DNA of 64,000 bases, from contig CAXXYH010000003.1 of the NCBI GenBank assembly GCA_963677925.2, positions 32,001-96,000 on the forward strand, written 5' to 3'. This document shows, in pieces, positions 50,831-60,319 of the stretch (position 1 is its first letter; every line of letters begins with the position of its first letter). Below the pieces are notes generated by a model. That model saw only the letters and a program-made list of their open reading frames with translations. It had not been told where the DNA came from and made no database searches. The position numbers and the translations under genes are program-made. This DNA comes from Spirochaetia bacterium (lineage in GTDB: Bacteria > Spirochaetota > Spirochaetia > UBA9216).

Positions 50831-51313
50831 ATGGCAAAAATACAGTGTCCTTATTGTCGAAAACCCATCGATGAAAATATAGAATATTGTTCTTTTTGTG
50901 GTAAATCTTTAGATGTAGATACAATCAAACTCAGTAAAGAGAAGCAGAAGAAAAGAAATAAACGGATTTGGATATTTGTTGCTATTTCTATTGCTTTTTT
51001 TACGATTGTCATGTTCATTCCATCGGATGGGTCGTCATCAAGTAGTAGTACAGCACAAACTAAAGAAGTTGTCACAAATAGTTCTTTAGATTCCTCTGTA
51101 TCTCAAGTAAAAGTGTGGATGAGAAGTAATTTAAAAGATCCAGATTCATTGGAATATTTAGAATGGTCAGCTGTACAAAAGACAAACACCGGAGATTATA
51201 GAGTTCGTGTTAAATATAGAGCAAAGAATTCTTTCAATGCAGTGGTTATTGAAAACAAGTTATTCACGTTGGATTCTAATGGTGTTGTTATAGATGTGGT
51301 GGATTATCATTAA
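50831..51313 (+). CDS. Zinc-ribbon, single-TM membrane protein
   Basis: CPYC..CSFC, TM helix, LKDPDS..YRAKNSFNA; GAGGTG RBS. Confidence 0.8.
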   Translation: MAKIQCPYCRKPIDENIEYCSFCGKSLDVDTIKLSKEKQKKRNKRIWIFVAISIAFFTIVMFIPSDGSSSSSSTAQTKEVVTNSSLDSSVSQVKVWMRSNLKDPDSLEYLEWSAVQKTNTGDYRVRVKYRAKNSFNAVVIENKLFTLDSNGVVIDVVDYH

Positions 51314-51473
51314 ATATAAATTATTCTTTGTCAGCAAATATGATAGCATTTAGCTTACGGAATTGGTAGAAATAGGCAAGAATTAAGAACATTACAAGGC
51401 AATCATATTTGACTAATTCCTTATATAGTAGTAATATAGAGAAATAGATAGTAATCTACGGAATTGAGCGGTT

Positions 51474-51606
51474 TAACGACGATTTGAGTAGCGAAACCGG
51501 CCGAGTCTTCGAGGCTTGGCGCAGTTCTGGAACGTAGCGCAATCAGCGCGGAGTGTCTTTAGCCAGAACTGTGACAAAGGTTTTGACTACTCCAAATCTC
51601 TTGTTA
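51474..51606 (-). repeat. attC regenerated at attR of the element
   Basis: Complete 133-bp main-family copy whose first 12 bp are the element's direct repeat. Confidence 0.93.
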
Positions 51607-51610
51607 TATG

Positions 51611-52693
51611 TCATTCTAAATTTCTTACAATATCTTCAACATCCTTTCTCTTAGATGCTACAATACAATTGTATTTATTATCATATGATAATTTCCCATT
51701 AATAATCATAGAATTTAATGGTTTTTCTGTAAAAAAGTAATCACAATAAGGCAAAGCAAATGAGGCATGTATAAAATCCATTGTATCATTCTTATGATGC
51801 GGTTTATTTTTATCCCATCTTACAGCTGCAAATAAACCGGAAGGAATATCAATAGATGGAAATTCATCTTTAATTTTTCCTAATCTAATCAAATTATAAA
51901 TAGCATAAATAACATTACTTTCATTCCCAAAACTCTCTAAATATTCTTTTTCATCATTTGTAAAATAATAAAATAAATCTTTCATTGCTTCTTCTATTAT
52001 ATTCCTATGGGATTCAAGCCCTCCAGCGAGTTCTGCCAAATATAATTTTTTAAATGTATTATGCTCTGATATATGCTCAATTTTCTTTTTATTCAAATAT
52101 TCAGTATTATCAAAATGTTTAAAAACATCATTTCCCATATATTCATCAATTTCTAAGAATTTCATGCCCCACAAACGATCAATAAATTGTCTATTAATAT
52201 ATTTAGTATCTTCAATTTTCTCAAATTTATAAGGTGGAATTAAAGTACCAAAAATAAAAGGTAATTTTGTCCAAACAAGTTCTTCATTTTTATATAAATT
52301 AATTGGTAATGATTTCCCGAAATACGTCATCACCTCTAAGGTTATCCTTTCATAAAGACTAATTGAAGTTATTCCTTCAGAAAGTAAATCAATTAGTTTG
52401 ATTGTTTCAATCCTTGTATTTTTGTCTGATTGCTTTATAACTTCTAAATATGTTACATCACTGATTGGGAAAATATATTTCCCAGAATCATGAAGTTGTA
52501 AGATTTTTTTAAGAAATACATTATCAGATGATATTTTTTTCAAATCTCTTAAAATAATCCAATAATTAACATCGAGATATATCTTTACTTTATCTTTTAC
52601 TTTTTCTTCATATAGAGCAATTTTCTTCTTTTTTACATAAGCATTGTAATCATCATTAATTTGAAATTCTTCACTTTTCATAATGCTAATCAC
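51611..52693 (-). CDS. PIN-like domain protein cassette
   Basis: IYLDVNYWI..YLEV..NDTMDFIHASFALPYCDYFFTE acidic motifs. Confidence 0.55.
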   Translation of the reverse strand: MISIMKSEEFQINDDYNAYVKKKKIALYEEKVKDKVKIYLDVNYWIILRDLKKISSDNVFLKKILQLHDSGKYIFPISDVTYLEVIKQSDKNTRIETIKLIDLLSEGITSISLYERITLEVMTYFGKSLPINLYKNEELVWTKLPFIFGTLIPPYKFEKIEDTKYINRQFIDRLWGMKFLEIDEYMGNDVFKHFDNTEYLNKKKIEHISEHNTFKKLYLAELAGGLESHRNIIEEAMKDLFYYFTNDEKEYLESFGNESNVIYAIYNLIRLGKIKDEFPSIDIPSGLFAAVRWDKNKPHHKNDTMDFIHASFALPYCDYFFTEKPLNSMIINGKLSYDNKYNCIVASKRKDVEDIVRNLE

Positions 52694-52739
52694 CTTATAA
52701 TCAATTAAGATTATTTAATCTTTATTATTTATGTACATA

Positions 52740-52851
52740 TAACGCCCGCATCAGCTGCAATTTTGCCCCGAAGGGTTGGCGTAGTTTTTGAAATGAGCGA
52801 AGTGACTTCAAAAACTATGACAAAAAAATTGTCAGTTGCATGCGATTGTTA
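52740..52851 (-). repeat. attC of an unrelated (foreign) family, 112 bp
   Basis: TAACGCCCGCATCAGCTGCAATTTT...AAAATTGTCAGTTGCATGCGATTGTTA. Confidence 0.85.
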
Positions 52852-52911
52852 TGCATCTCCTTTTTCTAAATTGAATTACTAATCTGTAATATTTATCTTC
52901 ATTTACTTCCA

Positions 52912-55302
52912 TTATAATCTCGACTCTATAAGACTTAATGTATCTTGAATTAAATTATCTAACTCTGAAACTGTTATTGTATTTGGGTTCATTCCAAGTG
53001 TTGTATAATCTGGATTAGGGTCACCATGATGAGGTTTCCAAGAAACCCCATTGATTAAGTTTAATTTCAAAATAATATCAGATCTATTTGCATTGTCTCT
53101 AAATGTTACTGGATAATTATTTAAGAAAGAAATAAGCCTTCCAAAAGTCTGCTGACTCGACATAGAGCGAATTTCTTTATAAAATTTAAACCGTAAATGA
53201 GACTCTAGTACATTTCTTAACCAACCTAGAACAGAATCTTTTAAATTAATGTCTGGGTTCCTTCTAAATTCTTCTAATTTTTCGATATGTTTAAAGTAAT
53301 CAATTTTGACTAATTCATTTAAATCACATAGCTCAATTCTTGAAGCTTTTGCAACAAAATCTTCAGTAATACGTAGGGTACATTTATTTGAAGCATTGAT
53401 ATCTTTACCAATTTCATGAAGAAAATACTCATTGTGACTTAAAACAACGATTTGTTTTAAATCATTAAAAAGAGCCCTAATTAGCCCAATGGTATATGTT
53501 CTTCTGTTTGTATCCAAACTTGACAATGGATCGTCAAAAATCAGTATTTTATTTTGCCTATTTGAATCTATATCAAGTTTTGACAAAAAGAACGAAAGAG
53601 CAATTGTACTTTTATCTCCCTCACTTAAGCATTCTTTTGCATTAAATGGTTCGTTGGGTATAAATGAAATATCTTGTCCATCAATTGTTAGCTTATAACT
53701 TATTTTACTTTGAGTAGCTCTACCCCTGGGTGCAATATGGTTTACATCTTCAATTTTAAATGGTGTTCTAAATACATTCTCCAAGTAATGGTTTATTCTT
53801 ATTTGATAATTACTGAAGAATGTAGAAGCCGCTTGCTCTTGTTGCTGAGATAATTGTGTATAAATAGTTTCAAGATCTCTAAGTTTCTGCCTTTCAGTAC
53901 TAAGTTGATCACAAAGAGTATTAATCGGAACTTCAAATCTCTTTTTTATCCTTTTTAGACTATCAAGTTCACTTTGTGCATTTTGCACAGACTTTATACT
54001 CGAACGAAAGGTAGATATTTCCGAATTATATTTGATAACAGTTTGATTATATTCATTTATTTTTGAAGATATAATTTGAAATTTCTCCCTAATATCATCA
54101 ATTGTGGATATATCAATAGCAACTGTGGGATTTTGGATTTTACTCTGAACTAAATCAATTGCGGTTTGAAATTCAGATTTTAAATTTTCTTCATCTTCAA
54201 TAAAACTAAATTCTGGGATCTGGACAGTCTCTGGCAAATGTAATGACCAAGTTTCTATTAAACTCAAATTCAGCGTATGGATATTAATTATTGATTGTAT
54301 TTTGGCTTCAATATTAAAACTCTGAAGTTTTTCTTTATATTCATTTAATCTTCTAATCAGATCATTAAAGGCTGTATCAAATTTACTTGTATAGGCATTT
54401 ATTATATCTGAATTAAAATCAAGAGATTGCCTACAAAAAGGACATAGCTGATTAAGCTCATTATTTGCTTGCTTTTTTTTCACATAAGAATAGCCTTTCT
54501 GTAGCCAGTTTTCAGATCCATCAAGATTGTTATTCGTTAATTCTTCACAATGTTGATTGTACAAAGCTTCTAGTGCAGCATTTTGAATTGTTTTCGATGT
54601 AATTTGTAAGTCAGAAGTTATAGGATTTAAATCTAATCTCGAAATTTCATCAGTAATTTTGGAAAGGGTTTGAAAACTCTGAATAAAAGCATTTGCATTT
54701 GCACTTGCTAGTGCAGCTTCTGCATTAGAAATTTGTTGATCTATATCATTTTTTTGGGAGGGAGGAATATTTAGAAAACGATTAATTAAGTCATCTGTTA
54801 AATTATTTCCAACTTGTTGAATTAATTCTGATTTTAAGCTTGTTTGAACTTGTCTTGAGTTGGTCTTTGCTGCTTTATTTTGTTCAATCTGATTCTGGAC
54901 AGCAACGCCTTGAGCTCCAATAACAAAATTATGAAGTTGCTTTCTTTGTTCATCATTGAAATCAAATCCTGAGTATATATTTTCATTAATAAAATGAATA
55001 TCAAAGACTTCTATATCCGAAAAAGGAATTGACCAACCAGATGTTCCAAATGTATGGAAAATATTAGGAGATCCAACTTCACTAATTTGTGCAGACTGTG
55101 GATCGGAATGATTTGTAGAAATTCTATTTCTAATTATTTCTGGATCATTATTGGATACTGAACGAAATATCGATGACAAAGTTGTTTTACCTCCGCCATT
55201 ATCACCATAAATCAAAGTCAATTTCTTAAAATTTACTGGACCTGATGCTTGATAATTGCGATATTTTCCAATGGAGATGATTTTTTCTATTTTATTAATC
55301 AT
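52912..55302 (-). CDS. AAA_13/RloC-like ABC-ATPase with zinc hook
   Basis: GDNGGGKT, CPFC hook in the coiled coil, LSEGDK, FDDPLSSLD, VLSHN, and a C-terminal helical domain (LRNVLE..PHHG). Confidence 0.75.
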   Translation of the reverse strand: MINKIEKIISIGKYRNYQASGPVNFKKLTLIYGDNGGGKTTLSSIFRSVSNNDPEIIRNRISTNHSDPQSAQISEVGSPNIFHTFGTSGWSIPFSDIEVFDIHFINENIYSGFDFNDEQRKQLHNFVIGAQGVAVQNQIEQNKAAKTNSRQVQTSLKSELIQQVGNNLTDDLINRFLNIPPSQKNDIDQQISNAEAALASANANAFIQSFQTLSKITDEISRLDLNPITSDLQITSKTIQNAALEALYNQHCEELTNNNLDGSENWLQKGYSYVKKKQANNELNQLCPFCRQSLDFNSDIINAYTSKFDTAFNDLIRRLNEYKEKLQSFNIEAKIQSIINIHTLNLSLIETWSLHLPETVQIPEFSFIEDEENLKSEFQTAIDLVQSKIQNPTVAIDISTIDDIREKFQIISSKINEYNQTVIKYNSEISTFRSSIKSVQNAQSELDSLKRIKKRFEVPINTLCDQLSTERQKLRDLETIYTQLSQQQEQAASTFFSNYQIRINHYLENVFRTPFKIEDVNHIAPRGRATQSKISYKLTIDGQDISFIPNEPFNAKECLSEGDKSTIALSFFLSKLDIDSNRQNKILIFDDPLSSLDTNRRTYTIGLIRALFNDLKQIVVLSHNEYFLHEIGKDINASNKCTLRITEDFVAKASRIELCDLNELVKIDYFKHIEKLEEFRRNPDINLKDSVLGWLRNVLESHLRFKFYKEIRSMSSQQTFGRLISFLNNYPVTFRDNANRSDIILKLNLINGVSWKPHHGDPNPDYTTLGMNPNTITVSELDNLIQDTLSLIESRL

Positions 55303-55359
55303 TCATCTATCCTGTTATTGTATTCTTTTGTATTTAACATACTCATACTTCTGTATGCA

Positions 55360-55491
55360 TAACGACGATTTGAGTAGCGAAACCGGCCGAGTCTTCGAGG
55401 CTTGGCGCAGTTCTGGAACGTAGCGCGATCAGCGCGGAGTGTCTCTGCCAGAACTGTGACAAAGGTTTTGACTACTCCAAATCTCTTGTTC
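55360..55491 (-). repeat. attC (main family)
   Basis: Near-consensus copy ending GTTC. Confidence 0.93.
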
Positions 55492-56765
55492 TACAGATTT
55501 TTCTCTAAATTCTCAATCTTCATATTAATCATATCATTTTTATTATCTCTAACAACCTTAAATAATACCTCATTTTTATCACATAATATTTTCTTAACTA
55601 ATTCAACTTCTTCTTTTGTTGTATTAATTCCAAATATAATTTCCTTAATTTCAGGCGCTTCAATTTTATCTTTTTTCATATTATAACTAATCATTCTATA
55701 TTCATTTTCATAACACCATTCATTATTCTTGATCAAAAATGAATCTTCTAGTAGCCCTTCATATTCTTCAGGATTCTTATTAATAAATTCATGTTTTTTG
55801 TATTTAACTTTTTCAAAAATTACATTATTTTCTTTACAATATTTATCATCTATTATGTATCCAATACATATTCCTTTATGTGAATCAGCATAATGGCTCC
55901 ACATAAGTATCGAATTTTCATATGATGAAAAACATGTAACTCGTATTTTATCTAAAACGTTTGAAAGTGATTTATGATTTCGATAGTTATCTCCTCTATA
56001 TATAGGACAATCAAAAGGATCATTAAACTGTTTAGGGTCATTAAAAAACAAATTTTCATTAATCAAATCAACAATTGTATATTTATCTAATTTGATATAT
56101 TTATAAAACATTTTATTAAAATTATACTTTTGTAATTTCTGATCCATTAGAATTGTAATTGATTTTTCGTAATAATTTTCTGCTTGCTCAATATTTCCTA
56201 AATTATTATATACTAACGCTAAATGTGTATAAGTAACATAATCCTGGTCATCAATATCTAAAGCCTTTTCAAGATTATCTTTTGCCATTTCTAATAGCTC
56301 ATTTTTTTCTTTTATATCTATCTTTTTTTCTGAAACAGCGGCTTGTATTCTTCCCAGCTCTTGTAATGCTATTATTAGAGGTAAATTATTACTAATATTT
56401 GAATTATTTTCATACGTATTAATTATCTCACCGTATATATCAACAGCTTTTTGTAAATTTGATATATTCTTATATGAATTCGCCATAATCATTTTAGTAG
56501 AATTTAGTATATATAATAATTCTCCTTTAGCTATCCCCAAGTCCGTATTATTTAACTTTTCAATAATCTTATTACCACAATCAATATTTTTTTCATAATC
56601 GTTTTTTGAATTATAGCGGCCAAACAACTCTATATATATTGGTAAGCTTTGAGTTTTATTATTATGTAATTCTTTTAAGAGGTTGTCTAATTCAATTATT
56701 GCTTTCTCATCATCTTCAATTTGTTCAATCTCATTTAGTTTCTTTTCATACTCGTAATTGTTCAT
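55491..56765 (-). CDS. TPR-repeat plus DUF2971 protein cassette
   Basis: TPR-like helices (YTHLALVYNNLGNIEQAENYYEKS), then FNDPFDC, LMWSHYADSHKGICI and WCYENEYR. Confidence 0.85.
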   Translation of the reverse strand: MNNYEYEKKLNEIEQIEDDEKAIIELDNLLKELHNNKTQSLPIYIELFGRYNSKNDYEKNIDCGNKIIEKLNNTDLGIAKGELLYILNSTKMIMANSYKNISNLQKAVDIYGEIINTYENNSNISNNLPLIIALQELGRIQAAVSEKKIDIKEKNELLEMAKDNLEKALDIDDQDYVTYTHLALVYNNLGNIEQAENYYEKSITILMDQKLQKYNFNKMFYKYIKLDKYTIVDLINENLFFNDPKQFNDPFDCPIYRGDNYRNHKSLSNVLDKIRVTCFSSYENSILMWSHYADSHKGICIGYIIDDKYCKENNVIFEKVKYKKHEFINKNPEEYEGLLEDSFLIKNNEWCYENEYRMISYNMKKDKIEAPEIKEIIFGINTTKEEVELVKKILCDKNEVLFKVVRDNKNDMINMKIENLEKNL

Positions 56766-56815
56766 AATACTATTTTACCTTTTTAAAAACATTAATACCA
56801 ATTCTGAATTCTGTA

Positions 56816-56946
56816 GAACGACCAAATAAGTAGCGAAACCGGCCGAGGGCTTCCGAGGCTTGGCGCGGTTTCTGAGCGAGGAGTATTCGACGAGCGTCTC
56901 CGCAGAAACCGTGCCAAAGGTTTTGACTACTTCATTTGATGTGTTA
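56816..56946 (-). repeat. attC (mosaic variant)
   Basis: GAACGACCAAATAAGTAGCGAAACC...GACTACTTCATTTGATGTGTTA. Confidence 0.85.
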
Positions 56947-56987
56947 AATACCGATCAAACCATAGTACACGGATGTACTATGGTTTT

Positions 56988-57788
56988 TTATCTTAAATTC
57001 TCTAAAATTTGCTCTCTAAAATAATTAATTGACTTTTCCAAACCTTCTATTGTCTTTGTTTCTAAAATTATTGATTTTACATCTGTTCGCGTTGATTCTA
57101 ATATTTTCATAATATCTATTTCTCCAGTTCCTAATGGAAGGTGATTATTTTTCCCAATCGCATCATGTAGATGAAGATGAATTATCTTTTCAATATTCTT
57201 CAAATAACAATTCTTATCTTTTTCTCCACTGGAAAAATCATGCCCGACATCCCAGGTAAGCCTAAAACTGTCATATTCTATTAATAAATCTACTGCTTCT
57301 TTAATAAACTTTTTATCCAAAACTCCGGTATTTTCTATACATATTTTTATATTAGTATTTCTTAATTTCTTATTTATCTTTTCTCCAAATTCTTTGCTTA
57401 AATCAAGATATCTTTCTTTATTTTCTTCAAATATAAATCTTTTTTCATCTGGTAAAGTGAAATATATTCCTTCATTCATATGCATATTCAGTATTTCTAT
57501 ATTTTTAATCAGAGATACTTCTATCAATTCATCGATTGTCTCTAAATAAGTATTTTTTATCTTTCCATTATAATCCCATATATTAAATTCTTCTGGAAGA
57601 TGAATTGAAAACCTAATGTTTTTATTTACATCTATTTTCTTTATATTTTCTATTTGTAGATAGGGTAAATTCATGTTTAGTTCTATTAAAGATAGTCCAA
57701 GCCTTTTACATAATTCTATATTTTCTTCAAAAGAGTACAGTTCAATAAGTGTAGGCATTCCTAAAAGGACGTTTTCATTTAATGACAT
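56988..57788 (-). CDS. Sugar-phosphate isomerase/AP-endonuclease-2 TIM-barrel cassette
   Basis: CIENTG, WDVGHD, HLHD, HLPLGTG and ILE motifs; start position uncertain. Confidence 0.85.
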   Translation of the reverse strand: MSLNENVLLGMPTLIELYSFEENIELCKRLGLSLIELNMNLPYLQIENIKKIDVNKNIRFSIHLPEEFNIWDYNGKIKNTYLETIDELIEVSLIKNIEILNMHMNEGIYFTLPDEKRFIFEENKERYLDLSKEFGEKINKKLRNTNIKICIENTGVLDKKFIKEAVDLLIEYDSFRLTWDVGHDFSSGEKDKNCYLKNIEKIIHLHLHDAIGKNNHLPLGTGEIDIMKILESTRTDVKSIILETKTIEGLEKSINYFREQILENLR

Positions 57789-57892
57789 ATTTTCTATTCT
57801 TCTCTTTGCCATGGACGGCAAAGAGTCTTCTTTCCCCCACAAAAAAATCTATTACTTTTAAAATATCCCAAATCTGAGAAACTTCGTGTATT

Positions 57893-58033
57893 TAACGACG
57901 AAATAAGTTGCGCCCTCGATCCTGGAGCGAAGCGGAAGGAATTGGCGTGATTCTGGAGTGGAGCGCGATCAGCGCGGAACGTCTTTAGCCAGAATCATGA
58001 CAATAGACGGCGACAACTTCATTTCATTTGTTA
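57893..58033 (-). repeat. attC (second family)
   Basis: TAACGACGAAATAAGTTGCGCC...GGCGACAACTTCATTTCATTTGTTA. Confidence 0.88.
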
Positions 58034-58047
58034 TGCAGCTATTTCGA

Positions 58048-59067
58048 TTATGAAATTTTAGCTCCATTTCTATTTTTCTTTCCTAAGAAGTAACCGTAGA
58101 TTAAGTTAATTACTATTGCAACAGAAAACACTAATACTAACATTTTCAAGGAATATGAATTTCCTGAGCGCAGATTTAAAAATAAGATGCCAATAAAGAA
58201 GAGTATCGCACTTTCAATAGTAACAGCTAATTGTAACCAACTATGTGCAGAAAATGGCCATGGTAGACCTTGCTCCTTTCTACTCAAATTTTGATGAATT
58301 CTAAAACGAAATAATGCATACCCAAAAATTTGCAATATTAAACCTAATATTATATAGAGAATTCCTATTGCAAGTAGCATACTAATTCCATTTTCATTAG
58401 GCCAATTCATATTTTTCACTGTAATTGATCCAATGAAAGAGATTGCTAGTGTAAATATAGCTGTAGCCCAAGCAGGAACTTGCCATATTAAGTTATCGAA
58501 GTGCTTATATTCAGTACTATATGAAGGTGGATTCTCTTTTGTGTAGTGATTAAAAACTGAAAAATAATTTCTTAGTGACGTTCGTTTTAATTCATCTTTT
58601 TTCTTATCTTTATTTTGTTTTAAATTATATTTAGATTCTAATTCAGTCTTAAATTCTTCAAAGGTTATCGATGTATCTTCATGCCAATCAGACATAGATA
58701 CATCACCATGTTTAACTGTATGCATAATTGTGTCAGGAAATGTATAGATATTATGAGGGACATTTGGTTCTGTTGTAAAAATACCATTTTCATTTATTAT
58801 TTCTTCATACCATTTATTTTCTTTATTGAAAGCATAGATAACTTTTCCTGATTGAATTATATATGTTTCTCCAAAATATTTATGATAGTGAGGTTTTTGC
58901 CAAACACCTTCATCTTTAGATATAGTCATAATATATCCATATTTGCCTTTCTGATTTAAATAAAAACGTACTTCTCCATTTTTCATTTTCTGATTATAAG
59001 TCTTAATCCCAAACTTCAATTTTCTTATTGTTCTACTAATAATTCCTACCATTTTTTTCACCTTCAA
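58048..59067 (-). CDS. Cupin domain fused to a C-terminal 4-TM domain
   Basis: PHYH...E..G...PNVPHN cupin motif followed by four hydrophobic helices. Confidence 0.7.
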   Translation of the reverse strand: MKVKKMVGIISRTIRKLKFGIKTYNQKMKNGEVRFYLNQKGKYGYIMTISKDEGVWQKPHYHKYFGETYIIQSGKVIYAFNKENKWYEEIINENGIFTTEPNVPHNIYTFPDTIMHTVKHGDVSMSDWHEDTSITFEEFKTELESKYNLKQNKDKKKDELKRTSLRNYFSVFNHYTKENPPSYSTEYKHFDNLIWQVPAWATAIFTLAISFIGSITVKNMNWPNENGISMLLAIGILYIILGLILQIFGYALFRFRIHQNLSRKEQGLPWPFSAHSWLQLAVTIESAILFFIGILFLNLRSGNSYSLKMLVLVFSVAIVINLIYGYFLGKKNRNGAKIS

Positions 59068-59528
59068 CCTATTATTTACAAAATAGGTATAGAGATATTG
59101 CCTTTATTGAATATTATCATAATTACTGCAATTTTATTATTTTATTCTTGCTTGCTTCTTATCCTTTGTATATTTGTTCGTTTGTTAAGACCGAGCTTTG
59201 TATACAAATTTCTAATAACCACATGTACAAATTTTCTTGCATTTCTATCATTTTAAGGCTGTTTTCAGCCCCTGGGAACTATATTTTATAAATAATTCTA
59301 TCAAGCTTAGCTTGAAATAGACAATTATTAGTTAAGTCCTTGGACAGTTAAGACTTATTGATTTGTAATGTAATGAAAAATCAATAAGTCCCTTAATTTT
59401 TAAAACTCTTTTCGGTGTATTATCTTAATCAGGAGCTAATCTCATCTCTTTTTCTTAATAAATCATAGCTGTACACTAATCTATTAGAATTGTGTTGACC
59501 AAGCTACCGGCGTTACCTGTTGTCTGCA

Positions 59529-59664
59529 TAACGACCAAATAAGTTGCGCCCTCGATCCTGAGCGAAGCGAAGGAATTGGCACTGTTTCTGAGTGAGGGCC
59601 ATTGCCCGAACGTCTTTAGCAGAAACCGTGACAATAGACGGCGACAACTTCATTTCATTTGTTA
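59529..59664 (-). repeat. attC (second family)
   Basis: Same ends as the 57893 site. Confidence 0.88.
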
Positions 59665-59695
59665 TATGCCGTTAATACCAGACCGCACGACGGAG

Positions 59696-60319
59696 TCAAG
59701 GGCTGGTTTCTAATTCTTGATTTTCCAACCTCTCTTTAATTTTATTATAAACTTCATATTTATCTAAATCAGGATTTAAAACAATTTCTATCAAATAATC
59801 ATATTCTATCATTCTCATTGACATAATTTTATCCAGATCAACAGTATTCCATTTTTCTTCAGTCATATCTGGTTCAGTTGGTAATTCAACCTCGATTATC
59901 CACCACTTATCAATCTTAGCGATCAATCTTTTTATTTCAAACAAATATTTCGTATTTATCTCTTTTTCAGAATCTGATAAATATTTAAATAATTCATGAG
60001 CGACTTCATTTCTATGAATTGTTATTTCTTCAATTATTTTCACTTCATTATCATTTATTATTTTACGATTTTGCAACCATTTTATTGAACTTTGAAATTT
60101 TCTTTTTTTAGGATCTAATTCTAATACATTCAGGATGTATCTATCACTATATGTTGTTTTATTATTTTTATATCCGTTAATATAGAAAGATTTCAAATTC
60201 TCCACTATTGATTCTTTTAAAAGTTCATATCCGGTTAAAAACAAAGAAGCAGTTATAAAATTAGCAAATAAACTATCAGGATTTAGAAATTTTAGCCAAT
60301 CGTTATCAGATTTGGTCAT
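59696..60319 (-). CDS. HEPN-like (Rx4H) helical protein
   Basis: YELLKE...HRNEVAHE. Confidence 0.6.
   Translation of the reverse strand: MTKSDNDWLKFLNPDSLFANFITASLFLTGYELLKESIVENLKSFYINGYKNNKTTYSDRYILNVLELDPKKRKFQSSIKWLQNRKIINDNEVKIIEEITIHRNEVAHELFKYLSDSEKEINTKYLFEIKRLIAKIDKWWIIEVELPTEPDMTEEKWNTVDLDKIMSMRMIEYDYLIEIVLNPDLDKYEVYNKIKERLENQELETSP

Larger units (their letters stand above)
29542..51485. mobile_element. 21.9-kb integrative element inserted in an attC site
   Basis: 12-bp direct repeat TAACGACGATTT at both ends, an adjacent tyrosine integrase, an excisionase, mixed gene orientation and no internal attC. Removing it restores a normal cassette junction. Confidence 0.9.

Noticed and set aside
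29542-51485. Prophage or self-transmissible ICE
   Set aside because: No capsid, terminase, tail, relaxase or T4SS genes recognised.
19604-55686. Small ORFs at 19604, 19626, 23044, 24493, 28420, 51516 and 55402 (MAQFWN... family)
   Set aside because: They are translations of the attC repeat itself, not genes.
56957-56988. Perfect hairpin after the TIM-barrel gene
   Set aside because: Ordinary terminator-like stem; not evidence of a new element.
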